Both the position numbers and the translations under genes were made by a program. The notes beneath the pieces are model-generated. The model worked only from the letters and a program-made list of their open reading frames with translations, was not told where the DNA came from and did no database searches. This document shows, piece after piece, positions 21,227 through 30,779 of a stretch of 64,000 nucleotides of DNA. Origin of the DNA: an uncultured bacterium (GTDB taxonomy: Bacteria > Planctomycetota > UBA1135 > GCA-002686595); the NCBI GenBank assembly GCA_943787795.1, contig CALSNU010000001.1, forward strand, positions 864,001 through 928,000. The letters run 5' to 3'. How positions within the stretch are numbered: the first letter of the stretch is position 1; every line of letters begins with the position of its first letter.

Positions 21227-21991
21227 TCAGGCGTCGTCCTTGTCGCTCTCGGCCACGGCCACCGTCCAGATGATCACACCGAAGGCGATCTTGTTCACCA
21301 CATCGGCGATGTTGTAGACGATGTTCAGCATGTCATCGGAGCTACCCGGCTCGGCGCCGGTGAGGTAGCCGAGGAAGTAGCCGACCGGGTAGATCGCCCA
21401 GCCGATGGTCACGATGTTCCGCATCAGCTTGAACGCCGCCTGCACCGAGGCGGGCGCGCTCTCGGCGCTGATCTTGCTGGCTTCGCCGGCGAAGATCTCC
21501 TTGAGGATGTAGAGCCAGCCCAGCATGCCGATGATGAAGCCCGGCCACACTGCGATCAGCCCAGCCTCGCCCAGGTAGCCGCCGAGGAGCATCACGAACG
21601 TGCCGATCATGAGGCGCCAGAAGACGCCGCCGGGCACCTTCGTGATCGCCGCAAGGATGAGATAGAACTCAACCATCAGCAGCGGCACTGTGATGAGCCA
21701 GTCGATGTACCTGAAGACGGTGGGCGCTGCCTTGTCGGCGACCCACATGTCCCGCATGTAGAAGTAGTGGACGGCCGCGACGAGCGTCACCATGCCGGAC
21801 ACGGTGAGCGAGGTCTTCCACTTGCCCTTGACCCTCTGGATCTCAAGGAAGAAGAAGGCCGTCGCTGCGATGAGAGCCATCGAAATGGCGAAGAAGGAGA
21901 TACCGACGTAGTCGGTCGGCTCCAACTTCAGAACTTCGGGCGCGAGGGCAGCTACGGGGCTGCTTAGATTTGAGAGAATGGTGACGAGCAT
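21227..21991 (-). CDS. Proteorhodopsin (DTE proton pump, green-tuned Leu105)
   Basis: RYIDWLITVPLLMVEF gives D97/T101/L105/E108; helix B His in AVHY; retinal-binding Lys in ADVVNKIAFG. Confidence 0.96.
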   Translation of the reverse strand: MLVTILSNLSSPVAALAPEVLKLEPTDYVGISFFAISMALIAATAFFFLEIQRVKGKWKTSLTVSGMVTLVAAVHYFYMRDMWVADKAAPTVFRYIDWLITVPLLMVEFYLILAAITKVPGGVFWRLMIGTFVMLLGGYLGEAGLIAVWPGFIIGMLGWLYILKEIFAGEASKISAESAPASVQAAFKLMRNIVTIGWAIYPVGYFLGYLTGAEPGSSDDMLNIVYNIADVVNKIAFGVIIWTVAVAESDKDDA

Positions 21992-22729
21992 GATGAGTTA
22001 AGCTCAGTGCGATCCGCAGGCGAGACGATGGCTCGACGGCGGGTGAATTGGTCTGTCCAACACACGAGGGCTGTGCCGACGTCAAGTCGGTGCAGCCTTC
22101 GCCTTTGCTCTCGCTTCGCGGCCGGAGAAGCGTTGGATGCCAATTTGTGTCGCAGGGGACGACGGCGAACCTCCGCGCGATTCATGACGGGCGCAGCGCC
22201 TTGCGAGTCGGGCAAGGGGGTGGCGATCTGGACGCTTGTAGCTAGGAAGTCGCGCGCTTGGACCGGAGGCCACGAATCCGGGGCGATCGCAACATGGGTG
22301 GCGCGACCGGCGCGTTCTCAAGGCGTGATGAGTACGAGTCCCCCCATACGGGTGCGCGTGGCGCCCGCTCCCAAAGTGAGGAGCGGCTGGTTGCCTCGTG
22401 CCGCCGCGCGGTCCTCGAAGGTGCCGGGCCACGGTCCTCGGCACGCACGAAGGCCTGGCTGCCGGCGGCGTCGTCGCACGTCGCAGGCTCCTGGGTCTTG
22501 CCTCTCAGCCCCTGACCGTAGCTCGCAGGGGCAGTCCGCTCGCTGGGGCACACCCTCGGGGTTCTTCCTGGCGCCCTCGGGCGGTTGCCCCATCGAAGGG
22601 CTCAGCGGGGCCGGACCACCGAGGGATTGTCCCGATGCGGAGAGGCCCCTGAGGTCATGATGTCGGCCACACTGGGGACGACGAACATCGTCTTCCTCGC
22701 TGCTTCTGGACACACAACCCCCTGCACCG

Positions 22730-23233
22730 ATGCTCTCGCGCCACGACATCCTCGACTCGCTCCTCCGTGAAATTGAGATCACCCGCCACCTGGTGGGCAA
22801 GGTCCCCGCTGGCGGGATGGACTTCCGGCCGTCGGAGGGGCAGCGGAGCACCCTCGAGCTGCTCCGTTACCAGAGCTTCTGCGGGCTCGGCGGCACCTAC
22901 GCCATGATCGACGGAGGATGGGATCGGTACCAGGCCCTCGCCGCAGCGTCGGCCGAACTGAGCGCGGAGGCGATCTTGCCGGCCCTGGATGCCCAGGCGG
23001 CGGGCTTGGAGGAGGCCTTCGGAGCCCTGACCGACGAGGCCTTCGCGAGTCAGGAGGCGACCTCACCGAGAGGTGAGACCATGACCCTGGGCAAGGCGCT
23101 GCTGGAGCACCCGGTGAAGTGGATGACGGCCTACAAGCTGCAGCTGTTCATGCACTGCAAGCTGGCCGGGAACGACCAGATCTGGACGCCGAACTGCTGG
23201 GGTGGAGTCGATATGGAGCGCCCTGTAGCATGA
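22730..23233 (+). CDS. DinB/YfiT-like protein
   Basis: 'DFRPSEGQRSTLELLRY' and 'YKLQLF' in a ~165 aa helical protein. Confidence 0.65.
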   Translation: MLSRHDILDSLLREIEITRHLVGKVPAGGMDFRPSEGQRSTLELLRYQSFCGLGGTYAMIDGGWDRYQALAAASAELSAEAILPALDAQAAGLEEAFGALTDEAFASQEATSPRGETMTLGKALLEHPVKWMTAYKLQLFMHCKLAGNDQIWTPNCWGGVDMERPVA

Positions 23234-23422
23234 GGGAGAGGCCCGCGGCCTGAGGGGGAGGCTCGACGGTGAGGCCGGTGCCAGGCGCACAAGCCCTCGG
23301 CAGATCGAGACACGTCTCGTGCCCAGCTCTCCCTGCCCGGACGCTCCGACCGGCGACCGGGGCAGAGAGCGGATAGGCTCCGAGGTCCTGTTGGCCCCAT
23401 CCCCGCGCGGCCTGTTGACCCC

Positions 23423-24619
23423 ATGCTCTCTCCGATGTCCCCACCTCGCACCTCTGAACGCGCCACCCGTCTGGCCTTGGCCTTGGCGTGGGCCGCGGCG
23501 TGGCTCTGCCTCCCGGTGTCCAGCGTCCCGGTCTCCAGCGTCCCGGTCTCCAGCGTTCCCGCGCAGCAACAGGAGCCTTCTGGCGCCGTCCAGGTCAGCC
23601 CGGGGCTCACGAAGAAGTCGATCCTGCGCGGGATCGAGGGCTCCGTCGGCCGCTTCGAGGTGCAGACCCGGATCGACATGGCGGCTGTGGGGGCCCCCGG
23701 TGTGGAGTTGACGCTCGAGGGCACCTCGGACAGCCAGCTGCTCCTGAACGGCGAGGGAATCCTCACCCTGACGGACCTGGATGGCGTGGAGATCCTCGCC
23801 TTCCTCGGCGCGCGGAACGACTCCGGCAAGCTCTTCAACCTCACGTTGGACGGTGGCCAGACGGCCATGACGTACTCGGAGGGCGACGTCACCGGCGAGG
23901 GAGCGCTCGTCCTCTCGGATCCGTACCAGACCTTCCGGTCGGCGACGATGTTCGTGGAGAAGGGGGGCACCCTGACCAAGCTGTTCATCGGGCCTGATTG
24001 GAAGGAGCTCGCGGAGACCCGCGCGGTGCGCGTGGACGGCGAGCCCCGGGATGTCCTCGCGGGGCTGCTGGACCGCGAGCTCGCACCGGACCAGCTCAAT
24101 CGGGACGACAAGAACCCCGACCCTGCCCGTAACTACGCGCCCGAACACGCAGGGCTCGCCGACCTCGTCGGTGACTTCATCGTCGAGCAGGGCGCAGGGG
24201 AGGCCGTCGCTCGGTTCTGTCGGACGCGGTTGGTCGGGAACGGCCGCTACCTCGTCTCCGTCGGCGGCGTGATCGTCGAGCCCGAGTCCGGTGCGGTCGA
24301 GCCCAACGACGGCGACGCCTCGGCGGACCGGACACCGAAGCTCGAGCGGGTGGACCAGCTCACGGTGATCGGCTTCGACAGCGTCCGGCGGGTCTACCAG
24401 ATGTTTCAGGTCTCCGGCGCGGACAGCCCTGTCCACTATTGCGAGGGGACACCACGAGAGGACGGCGAGCTGCTCCTCCGTGACCTCGTCGGCGGGCTCA
24501 AGGTCCGGTATTCGTCCGAAGAAGGCGGCGTGCAGCGCTGGGAGTGGACCGTGGGGCGGAGCGCTCCAGTCCAGGTACGGCTCCGCCCTGTCCCCACCGC
24601 CGAAGATCCGGGCAAGTAG
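23423..24619 (+). CDS. Hypothetical exported protein
   Basis: Signal-like N-terminus with a VSSVP x3 repeat; composition looks coding; no family recognised. Confidence 0.6.
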   Translation: MLSPMSPPRTSERATRLALALAWAAAWLCLPVSSVPVSSVPVSSVPAQQQEPSGAVQVSPGLTKKSILRGIEGSVGRFEVQTRIDMAAVGAPGVELTLEGTSDSQLLLNGEGILTLTDLDGVEILAFLGARNDSGKLFNLTLDGGQTAMTYSEGDVTGEGALVLSDPYQTFRSATMFVEKGGTLTKLFIGPDWKELAETRAVRVDGEPRDVLAGLLDRELAPDQLNRDDKNPDPARNYAPEHAGLADLVGDFIVEQGAGEAVARFCRTRLVGNGRYLVSVGGVIVEPESGAVEPNDGDASADRTPKLERVDQLTVIGFDSVRRVYQMFQVSGADSPVHYCEGTPREDGELLLRDLVGGLKVRYSSEEGGVQRWEWTVGRSAPVQVRLRPVPTAEDPGK

Positions 24620-24693
24620 CGCTCACGCCGCGACTCGACGCCCCCTCACGGGCGGGCCGCAACGGGCCCGGCCGCTCACCGAACCCTCCTCCG

Positions 24694-25719
24694 ATGACCA
24701 CCGAACCCAACTCCTCCGCCGCCGAACTCGGCGCCGACGACGTCGCGGCGATCGACGCGCTTCGCTCCGACTACCAGCGAGTCGTCGATGAGCTCTCGAA
24801 GGTCATCGTCGGTCAGCGCGGTGTCATCGAGCAGCTCGCCATCTGCCTCTTCGCCCAGGGGCACGCGCTGCTCATGGGCGTGCCTGGCCTGGCGAAGACC
24901 CTGCTGGTCAGCCGGCTCGCCGAGACCCTGGACCTTGGCTTCAGCCGGATCCAGTTCACGCCGGACCTGATGCCCATGGACATCACGGGCACGGACATCC
25001 TCCAGCAGGGGGAGGGGGGCCGCCGCGACTTCGAGTTCGTGAAGGGCCCGCTCTTCGCCAACATCGTGCTGGCGGACGAGATCAACCGCGCGCCGTCCAA
25101 GACCCAGGCCGCCATGCTCGAAGCCATGCAGGAGCACCGGGTGACCGTCGTGGGGCGGACCTACACCCTGGACGAGCCCTTCTTCGTGCTCGCCACCCAG
25201 AACCCCATCGAGCAGGAGGGGACGTATCCCCTGCCGGAGGCGCAGCTCGACCGCTTCATGTTCATGGTCGAGGTGGACTACCCCAGCCTGGACGAGGAGA
25301 TCGAGATCGCGCGCTCGACGACGGGTGCCGCGGCCCCCGCCCTGGGGCACGTGCTCGACGGCGCTCGGGTCCGGGCGCTCCAGGACCTGGTGCGGCGGGT
25401 GCCCGTTCCCGAGCACATCTTCGAGTTCGCCGCCAAGCTCGTGCGGCGCACCCGCCCCGGGGCTGGAGAGGCGCCCGAATGGCTGGATCGCCTGGTCTCA
25501 TGGGGCGCTGGCCCGCGGGCGGTGCAGTACCTGATCCTGGGCGCGAAGTCCCGCGCAGCGCTGCAGGGCAGCTACATGGTCCGGCTTGAAGACGTGGTCG
25601 CCGTGTCGGAGCCTGTCCTCATGCACCGGGTCATCACCTCCTTCGCCGCCGAGTCGGAGGGGACCGGGAGTCGGGAGATCGTCCGGCGCCTGGTGGCCGA
25701 GCTCGAGCAAGAGGGCTAA
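24694..25719 (+). CDS. moxR: MoxR-family AAA+ ATPase
   Basis: Motifs GVPGLAKT, RIQFTPDLMP, LADEINRA and ATQNPIEQEGTYPLPEAQLDRF. Confidence 0.93.
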   Translation: MTTEPNSSAAELGADDVAAIDALRSDYQRVVDELSKVIVGQRGVIEQLAICLFAQGHALLMGVPGLAKTLLVSRLAETLDLGFSRIQFTPDLMPMDITGTDILQQGEGGRRDFEFVKGPLFANIVLADEINRAPSKTQAAMLEAMQEHRVTVVGRTYTLDEPFFVLATQNPIEQEGTYPLPEAQLDRFMFMVEVDYPSLDEEIEIARSTTGAAAPALGHVLDGARVRALQDLVRRVPVPEHIFEFAAKLVRRTRPGAGEAPEWLDRLVSWGAGPRAVQYLILGAKSRAALQGSYMVRLEDVVAVSEPVLMHRVITSFAAESEGTGSREIVRRLVAELEQEG

Positions 25720-25743
25720 ACCCCGCCAGCGGCGCGACACGAA

Positions 25744-25778
25744 AGCGGCCCCCGGAGATGTCCTCTCCGGGGGCCGCT
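25744..25778. terminator. Perfect 15-bp hairpin between convergent genes
   Basis: AGCGGCCCCCGGAGA-tgtcc-TCTCCGGGGGCCGCT. Confidence 0.7.
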
Positions 25779-25817
25779 CTCTTCACTGGCGCCCCTCACC
25801 GGGGCTGCCGGCGTCGG

Positions 25818-27086
25818 CTACTGGAACTGGACCTCGAGGCCGTCCGTGAAGTTGGACGTCGCCGACCCGCCGACCGCGTCGCGGTGCCAGCAGGTGAAGT
25901 TCCACGTCTCTCCGGCCTGAACGGAGACCAGGCCCGTCGGCTGGGGGGTGGAGTTGAGGTCCAGGGGCAGCGAGAACTCGCCCGCGGTGCCACTGCTCAG
26001 GATCTGTCCGGCCCCGACGTAGCGGCCGATCGAGCCGCTGAGGCAGAGGTTGCCCGAGCTACCGCCGGGGTTCTGGGTGAACCCCTGCGCCTGGCTGGTC
26101 AGGAAGAAGCCGAAGGCATTCAGGGGGAGCGACGAGCTGGTGAGGATCACGTTGTTGTCGGCCACGATGTCGCTGCCGAGCGCCGAGATCGCGCCGGCGT
26201 TGCCCGTGGAGTTCACCGCCGCGGTGCAGAAGTTCGTGCCGATCGGCGTGAGGAGCGTCTCCACCACGAGGTTGTCGTAGATCGCAAAGTTGGTCGGGCC
26301 GGAGAGGGAGCTGAAGCGGTCGAAGAGCCCGAGGCTCACGAGCCCGTCAAAGGACCCGGAGAAGTCGCTCTGGTAGGTGAGCTGTCCGTCGAAGCTGTAG
26401 GTGATCACGCCGGCGAAGTTGTCGACCTCGATCTCCACGGTCGTCCAGATGTTGCCCGGCGACCCCGAGATGGTGGACGGCGGCGAGGGGAAGAGGGCCT
26501 GGTAGAAGCTCCCTGACGCGTTCGCGCCGTGCCCCATGTAGCTGTAGTGCGAGTTCGGCATGGTGGCGCACTCGGGGTCAGTGGGGAAGGCGTTGTTGCA
26601 GTCCCTGAACCAGCTGTAGTCGGTGACCGATCCGCCGTCGCCCGTGAAGGCGATGTAGGAGCCGGAGCCCGCGGAGGGCGAGAGGATGGTGTTGCTGGAG
26701 ACCCCGTCCCCCGCGACGCCGATCTGGGCGTACTCGGTCGTACCGGACGAGCCGACGAAGTTCATCCAGACGTCGACGGTGAGCTTGTAGCGCTCGGCGG
26801 AGACCGGTGTGTTGTTGTAGACGGTCCAGGCGTCCGACGAGCCAGCGGTATCGTTGACCGTGAGCTTGAGCCCACCGACGTCGCCGGCGGCTGAGCGAGG
26901 CGCGAGCGGAACTCCGGCGGCGACGTAGTCAAAGGCGAACGTCTGGGAACCGTCCGGAGTGCCGTCGTCGACCAGGGTGTAGTTGGCGGAGGAGTTGGTC
27001 TCGAAGCTGTCGCTCAGGACGACCGATTGAGCCATGGAGGGGCCGACGATGGCGGCCGCGCTGATGGTGGAGAGCAGGATTCGCAT
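25818..27086 (-). CDS. Secreted beta-rich (concanavalin-like?) protein with recurrent C-terminal domain
   Basis: ATG 27086 'MRILLSTISAAAIVGPSMAQ'; C-terminus 'FCTAAVNSTG...AGETWNFTCWHRD...SNFTDGLEVQFQ'. Confidence 0.75.
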   Translation of the reverse strand: MRILLSTISAAAIVGPSMAQSVVLSDSFETNSSANYTLVDDGTPDGSQTFAFDYVAAGVPLAPRSAAGDVGGLKLTVNDTAGSSDAWTVYNNTPVSAERYKLTVDVWMNFVGSSGTTEYAQIGVAGDGVSSNTILSPSAGSGSYIAFTGDGGSVTDYSWFRDCNNAFPTDPECATMPNSHYSYMGHGANASGSFYQALFPSPPSTISGSPGNIWTTVEIEVDNFAGVITYSFDGQLTYQSDFSGSFDGLVSLGLFDRFSSLSGPTNFAIYDNLVVETLLTPIGTNFCTAAVNSTGNAGAISALGSDIVADNNVILTSSSLPLNAFGFFLTSQAQGFTQNPGGSSGNLCLSGSIGRYVGAGQILSSGTAGEFSLPLDLNSTPQPTGLVSVQAGETWNFTCWHRDAVGGSATSNFTDGLEVQFQ

Positions 27087-27376
27087 GGGATGTGGCAAAG
27101 TAGAAGCGAGCGGCGCGGCAACGGCCGGCACCGGAGATGCGACGCACAGTACCACGGGTGCCCCTCCCGCCAAGGGGGGCGGCAAGCCCGGCGTTTCGGG
27201 CTGCAGGCCTGGGCCGCGGTCAGCACCCAAGGGCCCGCGTTGGCCAGCGAGGCGATAAGGGCCGCGGAAAAGCTCTGGGGCGACCCAGGAGGGGCCGAAG
27301 GGTGGCTCTTGCCAGGCGCCGCGGCGGCGCCTCGAGGGCCCTTGGCGGTCCAGGCCCCGCCACGTAGGGTCCTTGT

Positions 27377-28951
27377 ATGACCTTCCTCGCCCCGCTGCTG
27401 CTCGCCTCGACCCTCTCGATGCCCTGTTCCTCAGGCCCAGGCGGCCCTGTCGGTGCACCGGTTGGCTCGACCGCGCCCGAGCGGCCCAACGTCGTCATCA
27501 TCCTGGCGGATGACCTGGGGATCGGCGACGTCTCGCCGACCTCGAGCACCTGCAAGATCAAGACGCCGAACCTCGCGGCCATGGCCGCAGGTGGGATGAC
27601 GTTCACGGACGCTCACTCCACGAGCGCGGTGTGTACGCCCACTCGCTACGGGCTCTTGACCGGCCGCTACAACTGGCGGAGTCGGCTGGCCAAGGGCGTC
27701 CTCAACGGCAACAGCTCGCACCTGATCCCGGGGGACCGTGCGACCCTGGGGCACCTGATGGAGGGCGCGGGGTATGCGACCGCGGCCATCGGGAAGTGGC
27801 ACCTGGGCCTCGACTGGAGCCGGGAGGGCGGGGACCCCGGGGGGGCCATCGACTTTGAGGGGCCGGTGACCAACGGTCCGGACATCAACGGGTTCGGCCA
27901 CTACCACGTGCTCCCGGCCTCGCTGGACATGTCCCCCTATGTGTGGGTCGAGTCCGGGCGCGTCACGGGACAGCCGGACCGTTCCGAGGGCGTGACGCGC
28001 AAGGAGGACCGGTACGGCTGGTACCGGGAGGGGCCGGTGGGGGAGGACTTCTTCATTGACCAGGCCCTGCCCCATCTGGTGGCGGAGGCCTGCAGCTTCA
28101 TCGGGGAGCGCGCGCCCGCAGCCCGTGAGGGAGAGCCCTTCCTCCTCTATCTGCCGCTGCCGTCGCCGCACACGCCCATCGTCCCGGTGCCACCCTTCAA
28201 GGGGGCCAGCGAGATGAACCCCTACGCGGACTTCGTGATGCAGGTCGACCACCATGTGGGCCAGGTCATGGCCGCGCTCGAGGAAGGCGGGGTGGCCGAC
28301 AACACCCTCGTGATCTTCACGAGCGACAACGGCTGCTCCCCCGAGGCGAACTTCCCCCTGCTCGGCGAGCACGGCCACGATCCCAACGGTGGGTACCGCG
28401 GGCACAAGGCCGACATCTACGAGGGGGGGCACCGGGTGCCGCTCATCGTGCGCTGGCCGGGGAAGGTGCCCGCTGGGCAAACCTCCTCCGCGCTCGCCTG
28501 CCTGACCGACATCTACGCCACCCTCGAAGACGTGACGGGGGAGCGCGGCCGGACGGCCGGCGGCGAGGACGGCTACAGCTGGCTCCCGGTCTTTAGCGGC
28601 GCGCCGTCCAGCGGTCGCCGCGCGCTCGTCAGCCACTCGGTCTCCGGCCACTTCGCGATCCGCGAGGGGGACTGGAAGCTCTGCCTCGCCGGCGGGAGCG
28701 GCGGCTGGAGCGCCCCCCGCGAGAACGTCGCGAAGAAGGAGGGGCTCCCGCCGCTGCAGCTCTTCAACCTCGCGGCGGACCCTCGGGAGCAGAAGAACCT
28801 CGCCGACGCGGAGCCCGAGCGCGTGGCGCGGCTGCTCCGGAGCCTCGACCGGACCGTGCGCGCCGGACGGTCCACGGCCGGCCCGGCCCTCCCCAACGAC
28901 CGTGAGGTCACGTTCCTCCCCGAGGGGGTGACCCTCCCGACCGGCGACTGA
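27377..28951 (+). CDS. Arylsulfatase (Cys-type S1 sulfatase)
   Basis: Motifs PNVVIILADDLG, CTPTR, GKWHLG, FTSDNG and YEGGHRVP. Confidence 0.95.
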   Translation: MTFLAPLLLASTLSMPCSSGPGGPVGAPVGSTAPERPNVVIILADDLGIGDVSPTSSTCKIKTPNLAAMAAGGMTFTDAHSTSAVCTPTRYGLLTGRYNWRSRLAKGVLNGNSSHLIPGDRATLGHLMEGAGYATAAIGKWHLGLDWSREGGDPGGAIDFEGPVTNGPDINGFGHYHVLPASLDMSPYVWVESGRVTGQPDRSEGVTRKEDRYGWYREGPVGEDFFIDQALPHLVAEACSFIGERAPAAREGEPFLLYLPLPSPHTPIVPVPPFKGASEMNPYADFVMQVDHHVGQVMAALEEGGVADNTLVIFTSDNGCSPEANFPLLGEHGHDPNGGYRGHKADIYEGGHRVPLIVRWPGKVPAGQTSSALACLTDIYATLEDVTGERGRTAGGEDGYSWLPVFSGAPSSGRRALVSHSVSGHFAIREGDWKLCLAGGSGGWSAPRENVAKKEGLPPLQLFNLAADPREQKNLADAEPERVARLLRSLDRTVRAGRSTAGPALPNDREVTFLPEGVTLPTGD

Positions 28952-28965
28952 CGCTCTCGACCCGC

Positions 28966-29004
28966 GACCGGGGCTCCAGACCGGGGCTCCAGACCGGGGC
29001 TCCC
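28966..29004. repeat. 13-bp tandem repeat x3 (GACCGGGGCTCCA)
   Basis: Read directly; intergenic, just after the sulfatase stop. Confidence 0.85.
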
Positions 29005-29073
29005 GAACGGCGACGGTCGGCTTCCCGGCTCCCTGTCTGGTGGCGCCGCGTGCGCGCGCCTAGCCTTGGAGGC

Positions 29074-30045
29074 ATGCCCAGCGCCAAGCTCCTCCTGTTC
29101 GCCCTCGCGGCACCCGCCTCCCTTCTCGTCGGCTGCGCCAGCGCGCCCATGCAAGAGACGCCCGAACCCGCCGCGAGCGGTCCCGTCATGATCGCGACCT
29201 GGCCCTTCGGCAAGCTCGCGGTGGACGCCGCCGCGGAGAAGGTCGCGGCTGGGGGCTCGGGGCTCGACGGGATCGAGGAGGGCATCCGGCTGATCGAGTC
29301 CCTGGGCTCGGATGGCTCGGTGGGACTGGCAGGGCGCCCAAACGCCGCGGGCTATCCGCAGCTCGACGCCTGCATCGTGGAGGGCCCGACGCGGGGCGCG
29401 GGGAGCGTCGGCGGGATGGAGGGCATCGTGCACCCCATCACCGCGGCGCGGCGCGTCATGGACAGCTCCCGGCACGTGATGCTCGTGGGCGAGGGCGCCC
29501 GCTGGTTCGCGCTGGAGCAGGGCCTCGAGACCGTGGACGTCTCGGACCTCGCCGCCAAGAAGGCGGCTTGGGTGGCGCGAGACCGTGATCCCGAGGAGCC
29601 TGCAGAGAAGGGACACGACACCATCACGCTCCTGATGCTCGACGGGAACGGAGACCTCTACGGTGGCTGCTCCACCAGCGGGGCGGGGGGCAAGCTGCCC
29701 GGCCGGGTGGGGGACTCGCCGATCCTCGGGGCGGGGCTCTTCGTGGACAACGAGGTCGGCGCGGCCGGGGCGACGGGCGTCGGCGAGAACGTGATGCGCT
29801 ACAGCGCGACGACCGTCATCGTGGAGATGATGCGCCAGGGCATGCACCCCCAGGAGGCCTGCGAGGCCATGGTCCACCGGATCGCGGCGGTGGATCCCCT
29901 GGGCTACCAGCTCGACGTCTGCTTCATCGCCATCGACAAGCAGGGGCGCACGGGCGCGGCGGCCTCCAACCAGCGCTTCCCCTTCGCCGTCGGGGCTGGA
30001 GGTCGGAGCGAGGTGCGCTCGGTCGAGGCGGTCGAGCGCCCCTGA
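29074..30045 (+). CDS. N4-(beta-N-acetylglucosaminyl)-L-asparaginase (Ntn hydrolase), probable lipoprotein
   Basis: Motifs LDACI, GHDTI (autocleavage Thr), GRVGDSPI and ATGVGE; lipobox-like LVGC. Confidence 0.88.
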   Translation: MPSAKLLLFALAAPASLLVGCASAPMQETPEPAASGPVMIATWPFGKLAVDAAAEKVAAGGSGLDGIEEGIRLIESLGSDGSVGLAGRPNAAGYPQLDACIVEGPTRGAGSVGGMEGIVHPITAARRVMDSSRHVMLVGEGARWFALEQGLETVDVSDLAAKKAAWVARDRDPEEPAEKGHDTITLLMLDGNGDLYGGCSTSGAGGKLPGRVGDSPILGAGLFVDNEVGAAGATGVGENVMRYSATTVIVEMMRQGMHPQEACEAMVHRIAAVDPLGYQLDVCFIAIDKQGRTGAAASNQRFPFAVGAGGRSEVRSVEAVERP

Positions 30046-30158
30046 CGGCGGCCGGAGGCGGTCCGGGAGAGTTCTGGCTGATGGGGGGTAACCCGCCGCG
30101 GCGCCGGGTCCTCGCCCCTTGAACGGCCCGCAGCTGGGCCCGCAAGCGAGAGCCTTCG

Positions 30159-30779
30159 ATGAAGCACGACCACCCGTCCAACCAGGCCGGCTCCACCCGT
30201 CGGGGCAGCCTCGCCGCGGATCTCTCCGCCGCGGTAGAGCGGGTCATTGCCGGCGACCGCGGGGCGTACGCCGAGGTGGTGACCCGCCTCGAGCGCCCCC
30301 TCCGCGCCTGGCTCGTGGGGCGGGCCTGGCCTGGCATCGACGTGGACGACGTCGCCCAGCGCGCCTTCGTTCAGGCCTACGTGCAGCTCCATCGCTTCGA
30401 GGCGGGGACGGACTTCGCGGCCTGGCTGTTCACCCTCGCCAGCTTCGAGCTCAAGACGGAGATGAATCGGGTGAGGCGGACCGCCGACTACCACGCCCGC
30501 TTTGTTTCCGAGCTCCTGGAGCAGGACCTCGTCCGATACGAGGAACTGGGCGCCGGGCACGAGGCCCGCATCGAGCACCTGGAGCGCTGCCTCGCGCAGC
30601 TCGAGGAGCGGCAGCGGGAGCTCCTGGGGTGGAGGTACCGGGAGCAGCTCCCGCTAGCGGAGATCGGCGAGCGCCTCGGCCGATCGGTGCCGGCCATCAA
30701 GAAGGCCCTGTGGAAGCTCCGCGGGCGCCTCCGCGACTGCGTTGAGCTCGGCGTCGCAGGCCAGGGAGGGAGCGCGTGA
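30159..30779 (+). CDS. ECF RNA polymerase sigma factor
   Basis: Region 2 'VDDVAQRAF...FAAWLF' and region 4 'EIGERLGRS...LRGRLRDC'. Confidence 0.9.
   Translation: MKHDHPSNQAGSTRRGSLAADLSAAVERVIAGDRGAYAEVVTRLERPLRAWLVGRAWPGIDVDDVAQRAFVQAYVQLHRFEAGTDFAAWLFTLASFELKTEMNRVRRTADYHARFVSELLEQDLVRYEELGAGHEARIEHLERCLAQLEERQRELLGWRYREQLPLAEIGERLGRSVPAIKKALWKLRGRLRDCVELGVAGQGGSA

Noticed and set aside
22040..22075. CarH/LitR-like operator (TGGACA) upstream of proteorhodopsin
   Set aside because: Only one TnnACA match, no clean 11-bp periodic repeats and no adjacent regulator.
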